From an uncultured delta proteobacterium (GTDB taxonomy: Bacteria > Desulfobacterota > Desulfobacteria > Desulfobacterales > JAFDCJ01): 64,000 bases of DNA. The DNA lies in NCBI GenBank assembly GCA_963769935.1, contig CAVYNY010000010.1:736001-800000 (forward strand). Direction: 5' to 3'. A program made the position numbers and the translations under genes. This document shows positions 9,593-19,870 of the stretch, piece after piece. Each line of letters starts with the position of its first letter. The stretch's first letter is position 1. The notes beneath the pieces were generated by a model that ran no database searches, had not been told where the DNA came from, and saw nothing but the letters and a program-made list of their open reading frames with translations.

Positions 9593-9826
9593 TCAGCTTA
9601 TGTCTGCGAACTCGGCTTGCAGATCTTCCCGCACATCTTCAGATAGAGACTTTATATTCGGAAATAAATCCGTTAAAATTTTCCGGGCTTTTTCAATGCT
9701 GTCGACGGCCTGGGAAATTTTATTGTTTTCGGATTTTGTCAGGTCAATTCGTGCTTTAATTTCGTCAATATCATCACAAATAAAGTCAAATTCGCTGATG
9801 ACTCTGTAAAAATCCTCCGCCTCCAT
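9593..9826 (-). CDS. small acidic hypothetical protein
   Basis: 77 aa ORF with strong AAGGAG RBS and an upstream sigma28-like promoter. Confidence 0.8.
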   Translation of the reverse strand: MEAEDFYRVISEFDFICDDIDEIKARIDLTKSENNKISQAVDSIEKARKILTDLFPNIKSLSEDVREDLQAEFADIS

Positions 9827-9928
9827 TATCTTTCTCCTTTTTGAAATTGTTTAATCCCCCGAAGTGGTAAAAATTAATTTAAATTCAATACACTGCATGA
9901 ATTTACCCCTGTTTTTTTACCATAAAAT

Positions 9929-9956
9929 CTATCGGCACAAAAATTAAAAAGCTTGA
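9929..9956 (-). promoter_or_regulatory. sigma28 (FliA)-like promoter
   Basis: Minus strand TCAA-N16-GCCGATAG versus consensus TAAA-N15-GCCGATAA. Confidence 0.55.
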
Positions 9957-10020
9957 GCTTTTTTTCACCGGATTTATTTGCATCTTGCCAAAATCTAATG
10001 CATACTGACTTCAGAATAAC

Positions 10021-10971
10021 ATGATGACTACCAACCGGCCCAAAAAATCAAAGAATTCAGATCGCGCGGCATACGTGTCGCAGCTGATCGCCGTGACGGA
10101 CGGGGAGGTGCGCACCGATCAACCGCTTGGGCCATACACATCTTATAAAATTGGCGGTCCTACGGCAATATGGGTTGCCCCGCAAACCGAAGAAGCGGTC
10201 GGCCGGGCGCTTGAAATCATCCATGCCGCCGAAATTCCGCTGTTTGTCCTTGGTCGGGGTTCGAACGTGCTAATCTCCGATCGCGGATGGGACGGCGTGA
10301 CGCTCTACCTGGGCGAGAATCTGAGCGGATGGAAATTTCAAAACCTTGAAGCCGAGGTTTTAGCCGGGTCCCGCTTGATGGACGTAACCCGTTGTGCGGT
10401 GGGATGCGGACTGGCCGGCTTGGAGCTTCTGGCAGGCATTCCCGGCGGGGTGGGCGGCGCGCTGCGCATGAATGCCGGTGCCTTTGGCCGGGAAATTGAA
10501 AGTGTTGCCGCCGCGGTCAGGGGCTTTCGACGCAATGGCTCCCCTTTCCAGGCCGATCGGGTCAGTATTAATTTCGGCTATCGCCGGGTACCGGATCTGG
10601 CGGAGGTGATTATCACCGGGGCCCGCTTGCGCTTCGAAAAATCCGATGCGGCCGTGCTGAAAGAGCGGATGGAAGACATTCTCGCCATGCGGGCCAAAAA
10701 ACAGCCGCTGAAATTCCCCTCATGCGGCAGCGTATTCAAACGACCGGCCGGATACTATGCGGGTGCTCTGATTGAAGAAGCCGGCTTGAAAGGCAATCGC
10801 ATCGGCGGCGCCATGATCAGCCGCAAACACGCCGGATTCATTCTGAATGCGTCCGATGCCACGGCCGCCGACGTTCATGCCCTCATCCGGCAAATTGAAA
10901 AAAAAGTATTTGAACGTTTCGGTGTCCGGCTCGAGCGTGAAGTTAAACTGATAGGGGAATTCGAGGAATAA
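10021..10971 (+). CDS. murB: UDP-N-acetylenolpyruvoylglucosamine reductase
   Basis: TSYKIGG, LGRGSNVL, GIPGGVGGALRMNAGA, SCGSVFKRP, KHAGF. Confidence 0.97.
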   Translation: MMTTNRPKKSKNSDRAAYVSQLIAVTDGEVRTDQPLGPYTSYKIGGPTAIWVAPQTEEAVGRALEIIHAAEIPLFVLGRGSNVLISDRGWDGVTLYLGENLSGWKFQNLEAEVLAGSRLMDVTRCAVGCGLAGLELLAGIPGGVGGALRMNAGAFGREIESVAAAVRGFRRNGSPFQADRVSINFGYRRVPDLAEVIITGARLRFEKSDAAVLKERMEDILAMRAKKQPLKFPSCGSVFKRPAGYYAGALIEEAGLKGNRIGGAMISRKHAGFILNASDATAADVHALIRQIEKKVFERFGVRLEREVKLIGEFEE

Positions 10972-10984
10972 GGTTTATTAACCG

Positions 10985-11175
10985 TTCAAAGGCTCAGAGT
11001 GCAACGTTGAACCCCCACATCCAAAACCTATGAACTCCGGCCCCTGCGGGTGGAGTGGCAGCCTGGAGGAGGCCGCCTCAGACCTATGAACCGCTGGACC
11101 TTGAACTCTGAACCTATGAATCCTGAACCCCTAACCACGAAACCTATGAATCCTGTACCCGGAATCCGGAACCCT
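10985..11175. repeat. GAACC(T/C)/AACCTATGAA heptamer-type repeats
   Basis: Four ACCTATGAA copies and several TGAACCC/GGAACCC units overlapping the next gene start. Confidence 0.7.
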
Positions 11176-12495
11176 GCCGCCCCCACCGGCTGGAAACTTA
11201 CCCGTTTCTTCATTCCTCTGGCAATTCAGGCCGTTTCCCAGTCCCTGAGCTATCCGCTGGTGGCCATGGTTGCCTCCCGAGGTGACGGCGGTCCGCTGAA
11301 CCTGGCCGGACTGGCCCAATCGAACACCGTGATGTTTTTTCTCGGAATGATCGCCATCAGCTCCGTTACAACCGGCATGGTCTATTCCAAAACCCGCGAA
11401 GGATATAAAAAATTCCGATCGGTTACCCTGCTGACCGGCCTTGCGGTCATAACCGTCCAGGCACTGTTGTGCCTGTCCGTGGTGTCTCACCTGCTGTTCG
11501 GCCGCCTTATCGGTTTGCCGCCCAATATCGAGCGGCCGGCTCATATCACGCTGTTGTACTCCATTCCGCTGCAGTTTCTTTTCTTCGTTCGGATTCCCTA
11601 TTTTGTGGTGATGTACGGCGGTCAAGCCACCGGCATTGCCAGTCTGGCAACCATTGTTCGGATCATCCTGACAGCGCTGCTGTCACTGCTCTTTTGCTTC
11701 CTGGGGCTGGTCGGTCCAATCTGGGCCGTGGTGTGTCTCAGCCTGCCGGTAGCCGTCGAAGTGCTGGGTTCGGCCGTGTTCGCCGCTCCGTTTATAAAGT
11801 CGCTAAAGCCTTCCTCCATCCGCCCCCCGAGTTCCTGGGAAATCTTTTTTTTCAATCTGCCGCTGTCGGTCGGCGGCTATTTTCTTTCGGCCTCCGCCAT
11901 CATTTTGGCAGGCATCATCGCCCGGGCACCCGATCCGGACCGCATTCTGCCGATATATTATCTGGCACTGGGACTCGCCAGCCCCATGGCCTATGCGGCG
12001 ACCCGCATCCAGACCATTGTCCTGACCTTTCCGCCGCACTCAATCCAGGATCGACGCATCCTGCACTTCGCCCTGTCGGCGGGTATCATCCTGGGTATTT
12101 TACCTTTAATGTTTATTCTGCCCGGTATGATCGAATTTTATTATGTCAGGCTGCAAAGGCTGAGTCTCCTGGACCTTCATCTCGTAAGGCTGACGGCGCT
12201 TTTCCTGATCTTTTTTCCTGTCAGCGTCGCGATACGCGCTCAGTGCGAAGGCCTTGCGGCCCTGTTCAAAAAACCGACAACAGTGCTCGCCGGACATGCC
12301 GTTTTTATGGCCGCTGTCATCGCCACCGGTTTTTCCCTGCTCAATTTAGGGATACCGGCGGAGCTGATCGGTCCGATCGGTCTGACCATCGGCAGCCTGG
12401 CATCTTCGGCTACTATGCGTTTGGCATTGAACCGGGCAAAAGCAAGGACGATTCCGGTCGGGCAGACGACGACGTCGGTGGGACAAATAAGATAA
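11146..12495 (+). CDS. multi-TM MATE/MOP-superfamily (ANKH-like) transporter; start uncertain
   Basis: About 12 hydrophobic helices in two halves, each opening with FF.PL (RFFIPL, FFNLPL). Confidence 0.7.
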   Translation: MNPVPGIRNPAAPTGWKLTRFFIPLAIQAVSQSLSYPLVAMVASRGDGGPLNLAGLAQSNTVMFFLGMIAISSVTTGMVYSKTREGYKKFRSVTLLTGLAVITVQALLCLSVVSHLLFGRLIGLPPNIERPAHITLLYSIPLQFLFFVRIPYFVVMYGGQATGIASLATIVRIILTALLSLLFCFLGLVGPIWAVVCLSLPVAVEVLGSAVFAAPFIKSLKPSSIRPPSSWEIFFFNLPLSVGGYFLSASAIILAGIIARAPDPDRILPIYYLALGLASPMAYAATRIQTIVLTFPPHSIQDRRILHFALSAGIILGILPLMFILPGMIEFYYVRLQRLSLLDLHLVRLTALFLIFFPVSVAIRAQCEGLAALFKKPTTVLAGHAVFMAAVIATGFSLLNLGIPAELIGPIGLTIGSLASSATMRLALNRAKARTIPVGQTTTSVGQIR

Positions 12496-12521
12496 AATTG
12501 AGAAATGGGCTAAGGGGAATT

Positions 12522-12572
12522 AAAATGCCTAAAATTACCGTCTCGCTCGGCTCCATCCATTTTAGGCATTTT
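12522..12572. terminator. perfect 14-bp inverted repeat between convergent genes (bidirectional terminator or REP)
   Basis: AAAATGCCTAAAAT ... ATTTTAGGCATTTT. Confidence 0.55.
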
Positions 12573-12590
12573 TAATTTCAGGCAGTTTTT

Positions 12591-12788
12591 TCACTCTTCT
12601 TCCCAGTGAATACACTCTACGGGACAGTTATCCATCGCTTCTTCGATGCAGTCCTCGGGCCCGCCTTGAGGCAGGATGACTTGAGCCTTTTCTTCGGCTT
12701 CGTTAAAGGCAAAAACCTCCGAACACAGCTCCACGCAACTTTCGCACCCAATACATTCATCGGTATCGATAACAACTGTTTTAGCCAT
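12591..12788 (-). CDS. single-cluster [4Fe-4S] ferredoxin
   Basis: [11 protein letters not shown]...CPVECI; AAGGAG RBS before MAKTV. Confidence 0.95.
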   Translation of the reverse strand: MAKTVVIDTDECIGCESCVELCSEVFAFNEAEEKAQVILPQGGPEDCIEEAMDNCPVECIHWEEE

Positions 12789-12973
12789 CTTACTCACTCC
12801 TTTTGGTCCGTCTTACATTAAGGGCACACCCTAAGGCCAACTACCTCGAGCTGAAGGAATGCCCGGAGACATTTCAATATTTAGACAGTTACAGTTCTTC
12901 AACAACGATCCGGTGTGACCGGATGATCACACCCCTCAATCTAAGCGCGTTTCTGAAATAATCAAGTGATCCT

Positions 12974-13675
12974 TTAATCCTTTCCAAAGCGCTCTTCCTT
13001 CCACGGGTTCGCCGTATTGCTGTAACCCATGCTTTCATAATAGCCCGGTTCATCACGGTCGACAAATTTGATTTTTTCCAGCCATTTTACACTCTTATAA
13101 AAATAGAGATCCGGCACCAATCCGCGCACGGGCGCACCATGCACCCGGGTAAGTTTTTGATCAAAGAGGGTATGGGCCAGGATCACATTGCCCTTGCGGG
13201 CTTCAGCCAGGGGAATACTGCTGGTGTAATCGCCGGGAGCCTCAAAAACGGCGAAGCCGGCATTTTTTTTGACCTTGGCCAGATCCATGATTGTTTGCAT
13301 CCGAATACCCCGCCAGCGCGAATCCAGCAGGGTCCAGCCGGTGACACAGTGAACATCACAAATCAGGTTCACCTGCTTTAAATCCATCAATTCCCGATAG
13401 GATAATGTCACCGGATTTTCAACTTCACCGGTGATTTGCAGTCGCCAATCGGAAGGATTGTCAGGGGCTTTTGCGCCCCCCATATCGGGCAGCGCTTTTA
13501 CGGCATGCTGCCCTGGAGGAATCCGCGGCCGGCCGTCGGCTCTGAGCTCCGCCGCCAGCGCGATATTTTCTGAATCCATCAATTTGACAAACACACCCGG
13601 CAGACCGATCGATACAAGGGCCCCTCCGGCGGCTGCCAAAAAGTTGCGACGGGTTATCCTGGCGTCCTCTTTCAT
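12974..13675 (-). CDS. Tat-exported molybdopterin oxidoreductase, sulfite oxidase/MsrP-like family
   Basis: TRRNFL twin-arginine motif; DVHCVTGW, HGAPVR, YKSVKWL, GYYE. Confidence 0.9.
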   Translation of the reverse strand: MKEDARITRRNFLAAAGGALVSIGLPGVFVKLMDSENIALAAELRADGRPRIPPGQHAVKALPDMGGAKAPDNPSDWRLQITGEVENPVTLSYRELMDLKQVNLICDVHCVTGWTLLDSRWRGIRMQTIMDLAKVKKNAGFAVFEAPGDYTSSIPLAEARKGNVILAHTLFDQKLTRVHGAPVRGLVPDLYFYKSVKWLEKIKFVDRDEPGYYESMGYSNTANPWKEERFGKD

Positions 13676-13970
13676 AACATTCTCCGGAAGCTTATAATTT
13701 AATACGCCCGGCCAACAAATCAACCTTGGCAGGGCATATTAAAATAAGATAGAATGACGCGGGACATGGTTGCGATCTTGCACTTGCAATGGTTGCGTTC
13801 TTGTAAATGATCTGCTACCCTGCGACAGAAAAATCCCGGGAAAAAGCGGCACACCCGATTGAAGAAACAGGTTGGATGAAATTTCAATCGCATGCCTGTT
13901 CAACGATCAAAACAAGCAAGTGACGGCAAGCCGGACGAATCCCTCACATACAATAAGGAGACTGCACCTC

Positions 13971-14336
13971 ATGACTGAAGAACAGCAAAATAACATTGAA
14001 TTTAAAATCGATCGATCAAACCTCTATCGCGAGGAGTCGTTCAGCGACCTGAAATCCGGCACTATCAAACGCTTGACACCGGTCAATGCCGACGGATCGG
14101 AGGATAAAAGCCGCAAAACGCGGTTTGTCGGGCACACCAGCATCCTGACCCCCAACGGCCCCCTGCCGATTCAAAACGGCATTCCGGCCAGGGACCTGCA
14201 GCAGGCAATTAAAAAATTCCCCGAGGTGATGGAACAGGCTATGGGCCAGTTAATCGAAGAGGTTAAAAAATACCAGGAACAGGAACGGACCCGCATTCAA
14301 AAGCCGGGGTCGGGAATTATCATCCCCGGCCGGTAA
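13971..14336 (+). CDS. conserved hypothetical cytoplasmic protein
   Basis: AAGGAG RBS; LYREESFSDLKSGTIKRLTPV...SGIIIPG. Confidence 0.8.
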   Translation: MTEEQQNNIEFKIDRSNLYREESFSDLKSGTIKRLTPVNADGSEDKSRKTRFVGHTSILTPNGPLPIQNGIPARDLQQAIKKFPEVMEQAMGQLIEEVKKYQEQERTRIQKPGSGIIIPGR

Positions 14337-14390
14337 TCCAACGTATCGATTTTTTTTAACTAAACGAAGATATTAAGCATAAAAAATAAA

Positions 14391-15638
14391 ATGGGAATAC
14401 TAAGCATTTTCTCAAAAAAAGATCCGGAGGACTTTGAACGCAAGGGAGATGCCTACTATGGGACCGGGGCCTATGGGAAAGCCATCGTAGAATATGAGCA
14501 GGCCCTGGCCAGGCTGGAAAAGACATCACCCTGGGATGAAGGTTACCGGAACAGCCTGCGGGAAAAAATCAGTGACTGCAGAGAAAAACTGGCGCTGACA
14601 CATGAGAAAACGGCCGCCGAGCTGATGGAAGCCGGTCATAATGATGACGCCCGGCAGTATATTGAACTGGCGCAGGAGTTGACCCGGGATCCGCAGCTGA
14701 AATCCAGCCTCGATCAGCACCTGCAAAACCTGGAAACACAGGCCAAAAAAGCAATTCAAACTACCCTGCCGGATTTTAATGCACCGGAGAAAAATGAGCG
14801 GCCGCAGGAGGAACCCGACGACCCGACGCAGGATAACGAATATTTCACGGCCCTGATCGGTACGCTGCCCGAAGAGCTGCAGAAACCCTACCTGAGCTAT
14901 CCGGAGACTTTTAAAGCCGGATACCTGGCATTGAACCGGGGAGATTTCGAATCGGCGGTTAAACATTTATCCCGGGCCATGCAGGAACATGCCGAACCGC
15001 AAAGCTACATTCGGCTCGAGCTGGCCACCGCCTGCCTCAATCTGGGTCAATATGACGAGGCTTGCCGCCTGGCGGAATCTTTTCTGAAGCACCGGCCGGA
15101 TGCGCTGCCGGCCTACCAGCTGTTATGTGAAATTTTCTGGGAAACAAAAGCCTTCGATCGGGCCGAAGCGCTGCTGTCTTCTTTACCCGAAAAATTGGCA
15201 GAATCAGCGGCCGCTTATTTGCTGCGCGGAGAAACCTTGTATCAGGCCGAAAAATATTTTGAGGCCAAGGAGTTTTACCACGATTTTTTAAAAAAATACG
15301 AATGGCACGAAAGCATCGCCCGGGCGCTGGCCAAAACCCATGAGGCCCTGGGTGAAAGAACCAACGCCCGCTACATATACGGCGAGATCGTGAATCAGTG
15401 CCGCAGCTGCAACAGCCGCCTGGATCCCGAGATCAAGCAGAAATTCGCCGACCTCAGTTTTGCCTCCGGTTTGAACACCAGCGAAGTGCTGGAAATGTAT
15501 CTCTCTTTGGCCCGCGAAATTCCACAGAATGCGGCGGATTATTATCACAAGATCAGCCGCATATATGCCGCCCAAGGCAATGAGGAAGAAGCGCGCCGAT
15601 TTCTCCTGATCGCCGAAAAGTATGAAAACAAAGAATGA
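14391..15638 (+). CDS. tetratricopeptide repeat protein
   Basis: Multiple TPR-like repeats (KGDAYYGTGAYGKAIVEYEQAL; LATACLNLGQYDEA). Confidence 0.85.
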   Translation: MGILSIFSKKDPEDFERKGDAYYGTGAYGKAIVEYEQALARLEKTSPWDEGYRNSLREKISDCREKLALTHEKTAAELMEAGHNDDARQYIELAQELTRDPQLKSSLDQHLQNLETQAKKAIQTTLPDFNAPEKNERPQEEPDDPTQDNEYFTALIGTLPEELQKPYLSYPETFKAGYLALNRGDFESAVKHLSRAMQEHAEPQSYIRLELATACLNLGQYDEACRLAESFLKHRPDALPAYQLLCEIFWETKAFDRAEALLSSLPEKLAESAAAYLLRGETLYQAEKYFEAKEFYHDFLKKYEWHESIARALAKTHEALGERTNARYIYGEIVNQCRSCNSRLDPEIKQKFADLSFASGLNTSEVLEMYLSLAREIPQNAADYYHKISRIYAAQGNEEEARRFLLIAEKYENKE

Positions 15639-16450
15639 TCTTTAAACCCGATTTTAAATTACCGGCGACGGTATCCCCTCAGGCCTTGTGGTTTGTTTTT
15701 CAAAAGGACAGGCTGCTGCTGAAAACAAGCGACAACGGCTGTCTCATTCCGCGCACACGTGATCTGGCGAAATTCAATTTTTCTCCGATTCGCAAACAGT
15801 ACCTGGGCGCGCTGGATGGCCGGCAGTGTTATGCCGCCGAAATGCCGGATGAAATAGCCCCGGCCGATGGATTGATCCTGCAGGTGATGCGGGATACCTT
15901 CGACCGGCTGGAAGAGGAGTTGATCTGGATTGCCGGCCGTGCCAACCAACTGGTGGACTGGAACCGCAGCCACCAGTTCTGCGGCCGGTGCGGGCATCCA
16001 ACCGCAGACAAGACGGAAGAACGGGCTAAAACCTGTCCCGCCTGCGGCCTGATCAATTACCCGCGCCTTTCACCCGCGGTGATTATGGCGGTCGTCCGGG
16101 GCGACCGGCTGCTGCTTGCCAGCAACAAACGCTTTAAGCCGGGATTTTACAGTGTGCTGGCCGGATTTGTCGAACCGGGAGAAACGCTTGAAGATTGCGT
16201 TGCCAGGGAAATCAGGGAGGAAGTCGGCCTTAGCGTGGCAAATATCCGCTATTTCGGCAGCCAGCCCTGGCCTTTTCCCAACTCCCTGATGGTGGCGTTC
16301 GTTGCGGATTATGCCGGCGGGCAAATCAGCATCGACCCATCCGAAATTACCGACGCCGCATGGTTTACGGCCGAAAACCTGCCTTCGATCCCTCCCCGAA
16401 TCACCATCGCCAGGCACCTGATCGACTGGTTCGTCAACCGGAAACCCTAA
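15635..16450 (+). CDS. nudC: NAD(H) diphosphatase
   Basis: FCGRCG..CPACG zinc ribbon, YPRLSPAVI, Nudix box GFVEPGETLEDCVAREIREE, SQPWPFPNS. Confidence 0.97.
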   Translation: MIFKPDFKLPATVSPQALWFVFQKDRLLLKTSDNGCLIPRTRDLAKFNFSPIRKQYLGALDGRQCYAAEMPDEIAPADGLILQVMRDTFDRLEEELIWIAGRANQLVDWNRSHQFCGRCGHPTADKTEERAKTCPACGLINYPRLSPAVIMAVVRGDRLLLASNKRFKPGFYSVLAGFVEPGETLEDCVAREIREEVGLSVANIRYFGSQPWPFPNSLMVAFVADYAGGQISIDPSEITDAAWFTAENLPSIPPRITIARHLIDWFVNRKP

Positions 16451-16467
16451 TGTTGTAATCAGCGAAG

Positions 16468-16776
16468 TCAGACCGGCTGCAACACCTGCACTTTCAGATC
16501 CTGCACGTAGTCCTTCACCGCTTCCCGATAGGCGGCCATGTGGGCGGTCTTCAGATGCGCCTGCAGGGCATCCAGGCTTTGCCAGGCTTCAACGATGGTG
16601 ACGACGTCCGGCCGGATTGGACCCTGCACGGGCAGACCGGAATCCACGTCAATTGCAGGCTGGTAGCCCTGACAGCCGTTTTCGGCCCTTACTTTGGGAA
16701 CGTTTTTACCCAAAATTTTAAGATAGTCTTCCCGGCAGCCGGGTTTCAACCGGATGGTGGCAATTACATGAATCAT
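16468..16776 (-). CDS. antibiotic biosynthesis monooxygenase family (putative quinol monooxygenase)
   Basis: VRAENGCQGY, IVEAWQSLDALQAHLKTAHM. Confidence 0.9.
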   Translation of the reverse strand: MIHVIATIRLKPGCREDYLKILGKNVPKVRAENGCQGYQPAIDVDSGLPVQGPIRPDVVTIVEAWQSLDALQAHLKTAHMAAYREAVKDYVQDLKVQVLQPV

Positions 16777-16971
16777 TGACAGCACTCCTTTCCAAAGGGT
16801 TTTAAAGTCGCATCATCTTAGTTAATAGACGTTTTTTTTGCAATAGATAAAGAATCCCGACCATCCCAACCACCTGAAAGGGGTTGATATAATCTACTCA
16901 ACTATGTATTGTTGACAGCTGTTAAGTCGATCGGTTTAGTGGATATTTTACAGAAATTCTGGTTGGACAAA

Positions 16972-18876
16972 ATGAATTCGATTCCGCAGTGGCGATTTCG
17001 CAAGATGCAGCCCGGGGAGATTAATGTCGATCCCATTGAAGGTGAGTTTTTCACCACCGAAGCCATCGGCAGCATCACCGATGCGCTGGTCCGCGAATCT
17101 ATTCAGAATTCTCTGGACGCGGCCGAAGGAGACGGGCCCGTAACGGTATGCTTTTCGTTCTATTCCGGTCCCAGCCGGGGATCCGCCCCCCGGGAGGTTA
17201 TCGAGACCTACCTGAACGGTCTCAGCCCCCATCTTCAGGCCAAACACTCCGGTTTGCAGGATCTGCCGTCCATCGCGGAGAACCTCGAGTATATCTTAAT
17301 TGAAGACTACGGCACCCGGGGCCTGCAGGGCGATATTCGCCAGTATGACGACCTGGATGATGACCTCCGCAAAAATGATTTTTACTATTTCTGGCGCAAT
17401 ATCGGCCGCACCCGCAAAGAGTCGGCCGATCTCGGCCGCTGGGGACTGGGCAAAACCGTCTTTCAGGCCGCCTCCCGGATAAACGCCTTCTACGGGATGA
17501 CCGTCCGCCGGGACGACGGCCGCGCGCTGTTGATGGGCCAATCCGTTTTAAAAATCCATAAAGTCGCTGGAACCCGGTATGCTCCCTACGGTTATTTCGG
17601 ATTGTTTGACGGTGAACTCGCTCTACCGGTGGAAGACCAGACCGATCTGGCAAACTTTGCCGACCGGTTTTTAATCGACCGGTTCGGCAAACCGGGCCTG
17701 ACTGTCCTGGTTCCTTACCCGGACAAGGAAATTAATGCACCGGAATGCGCCAGGTCCGTCATCAAACACTATTTTTTCCCAATTCTTGCGGGACGCTTAA
17801 TTGTTGTCGTTAAGCACGCCGGCAAAATATGGCAGCTCAACGCCGTCTCCCTTGATGATCTCCTTAAAAAATCACGCTTCCCCGAAAGCCAGGGCATGCT
17901 CGGCCTGCTGGATCTGGCCCGCTGGGCCATCAGACAGCCGCAAGAGAACTATATCAGCCTCCAAGAACCAATAACCGGCCGGGCTCCCAAACTCAGAGAA
18001 GATTTATTCAGCTCCCATGACCTGACGGAACTTAGAGAAAAATTTGCGAACGGAGAACGTCTGGCCTTTTACGTACCGGTCACCATCCGGCGGCAATTCA
18101 GCAAAGATTTAATGCACTCCGGTTTTACGCTGTACCTGGAGCGGGATGAAGGCCTACCCAAGGCCGAAGATCATTTCATCCGCCAGGGAATCACCATACC
18201 GGAGGTAACCGCTCTCAAGCACAACGGCGTGCGCGCCATTGTTTCCATTGCCGAGCATCAGCTGTCCGCCTTCCTGGGGGATGCCGAAAATCCGGCCCAC
18301 ACCGAATGGGAGCGCAACTCCAAAAAATTCAAAAAACGTTACAAACTGGGCCCCTCAACCCTGGATTTTGTAAAATCCAGCCCGCGGGAAATTGTGAAAA
18401 TCCTCATGCGGCCTCAAAAGGGCCGCGATGAAAATTTATTGAAGCACATTTTTTCCCTGCCGACGGATGCGGCCGCAGCCGGAAAAGCAGCCCCCAAAAG
18501 CGGAGGCGCTGCCGCCGGACGGGCTGCTGAAATCATGAGCAATGGTGAAATCATCGAATCCCGGGACGAAAATTATCTGCAGCTCAGCCCGATCAAAGGC
18601 GGCTTTAGCCTGGCCAAAAAAGCGAAATCGAAGCGGGTTCCCCGGTATATCACGGTCTGGTTGGCCTACGAGGTCCGCACGGGCAACCCGTTTAAAAAAT
18701 ATACTTCTCTGGATTTTGATGTCGGAAAGCCGCCGATATCCATCCGGGTAACCGGCGCCGGCCTATTATTAAACAAGCACAATGTGATCCAGATCGAGGT
18801 CCGGCAAGGAAATTTCAAGTTGACGGTTACCGGTTTTGATACCAATCGCGATCTCCGGGTAAAGACGAACCCCTAA
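16972..18876 (+). CDS. GHKL (MutL/MORC/Hsp90-like) ATPase-domain protein of unknown function
   Basis: LVRESIQNSLDA (N box), IEDYGTRGL (G1), GRWGLGK (G2). Confidence 0.8.
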   Translation: MNSIPQWRFRKMQPGEINVDPIEGEFFTTEAIGSITDALVRESIQNSLDAAEGDGPVTVCFSFYSGPSRGSAPREVIETYLNGLSPHLQAKHSGLQDLPSIAENLEYILIEDYGTRGLQGDIRQYDDLDDDLRKNDFYYFWRNIGRTRKESADLGRWGLGKTVFQAASRINAFYGMTVRRDDGRALLMGQSVLKIHKVAGTRYAPYGYFGLFDGELALPVEDQTDLANFADRFLIDRFGKPGLTVLVPYPDKEINAPECARSVIKHYFFPILAGRLIVVVKHAGKIWQLNAVSLDDLLKKSRFPESQGMLGLLDLARWAIRQPQENYISLQEPITGRAPKLREDLFSSHDLTELREKFANGERLAFYVPVTIRRQFSKDLMHSGFTLYLERDEGLPKAEDHFIRQGITIPEVTALKHNGVRAIVSIAEHQLSAFLGDAENPAHTEWERNSKKFKKRYKLGPSTLDFVKSSPREIVKILMRPQKGRDENLLKHIFSLPTDAAAAGKAAPKSGGAAAGRAAEIMSNGEIIESRDENYLQLSPIKGGFSLAKKAKSKRVPRYITVWLAYEVRTGNPFKKYTSLDFDVGKPPISIRVTGAGLLLNKHNVIQIEVRQGNFKLTVTGFDTNRDLRVKTNP

Positions 18877-18972
18877 TTAATCCGCCCTGAAAAATTGCGT
18901 ATTCAGGGTTTTGAAATATTCAATCTAAATTGTAGAAAGTCGCTGGATTAAAGGTCCGGCGGATTAATTATT

Positions 18973-19734
18973 ATGATACGCAAGTTCAACTACACCGGAA
19001 GAAAAAAAATCAGACGCTCGGACGTGAGCGTTGATCTGATGCGGGATGATGACGGCCGCCGGTATTTTAACATCGGTCTTCATCTGGCCGATATGGAGCT
19101 GCCGGAAAATGCCCGGATTTACGTCGAAGCCTATCACCGCTCCGGCTACCAGCGATTTGATTACGGAACCGCACAAAAGATGAGAATTCCATCGGATCGC
19201 AGGCTGGACGATATTTCAGAGTCGGTCACTCCGCTTTTCCGGGTCAAAGTCGTCGATAAAACCGCCGCCCACGGCCGGATACTGGCCTCGGTCGACAAAA
19301 TCCGCCCGGCCAGCGTCGACTTTCAGCCGGCGGACAGCCGGGCCCTGCTGTTCGTCGAGTACGACGATCTAGGCCATCGGATCTGGCAGCTCGACCTTGA
19401 CGGAGACTGGCCGGTTCTGAAATTAAATCAGGAAGTTGATGAAATCAGCCAGATCGCGGTCTCGGACAATCGTTTTTCCACCCTGGTGTACCCGGAAGTG
19501 TTGCGTCAGATTTTAACCCGCATTTTAATCGAAGATGAACACACAGATCCCGAATGCGATGACGACTGGCCCAGCCTCTGGCTGAAACTGGCCTGCACCC
19601 TGCCCGGCATGTCGGCACCCCAGTCGACCTCCAAGGCGGACCGGCAGGCCTGGATCGAAAATGCCGTGGAGGCATTTTGTGCCAATTTTGAGGTGCTGGA
19701 TAAATTCCATCAGGCTATGCAGATTGCCGGCTGA
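18973..19734 (+). CDS. hypothetical protein, partner of the GHKL ATPase
   Basis: 253 aa co-oriented ORF; beta-rich N-half, helical C-half. Confidence 0.8.
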   Translation: MIRKFNYTGRKKIRRSDVSVDLMRDDDGRRYFNIGLHLADMELPENARIYVEAYHRSGYQRFDYGTAQKMRIPSDRRLDDISESVTPLFRVKVVDKTAAHGRILASVDKIRPASVDFQPADSRALLFVEYDDLGHRIWQLDLDGDWPVLKLNQEVDEISQIAVSDNRFSTLVYPEVLRQILTRILIEDEHTDPECDDDWPSLWLKLACTLPGMSAPQSTSKADRQAWIENAVEAFCANFEVLDKFHQAMQIAG

Positions 19735-19777
19735 AAAAAAATTAAAATTTTTATTTGATTTAAGCTTTTTCTTAATT

Positions 19778-19870
19778 GGACACGGATAAACACGGATTGC
19801 ACAGATATATTTTCGGGGATCAGAGGCGGCTAAGCAACGTATCGTAAGGGCGGGCTTTACGCCCGTCCGG
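19778..19870. repeat. ACACGGAT nonamer repeats plus GGGCGGGC..GCCCGTCC hairpin
   Basis: GGACACGGATAAACACGGATTGCACAGAT and GGGCGGGCTTTACGCCCGTCC. Confidence 0.6.

Noticed and set aside
11469..12575. 368-aa alternative-frame ORF
   Set aside because: Overlaps the transporter out of frame; Arg/Pro/Ser-rich composition typical of spurious frames
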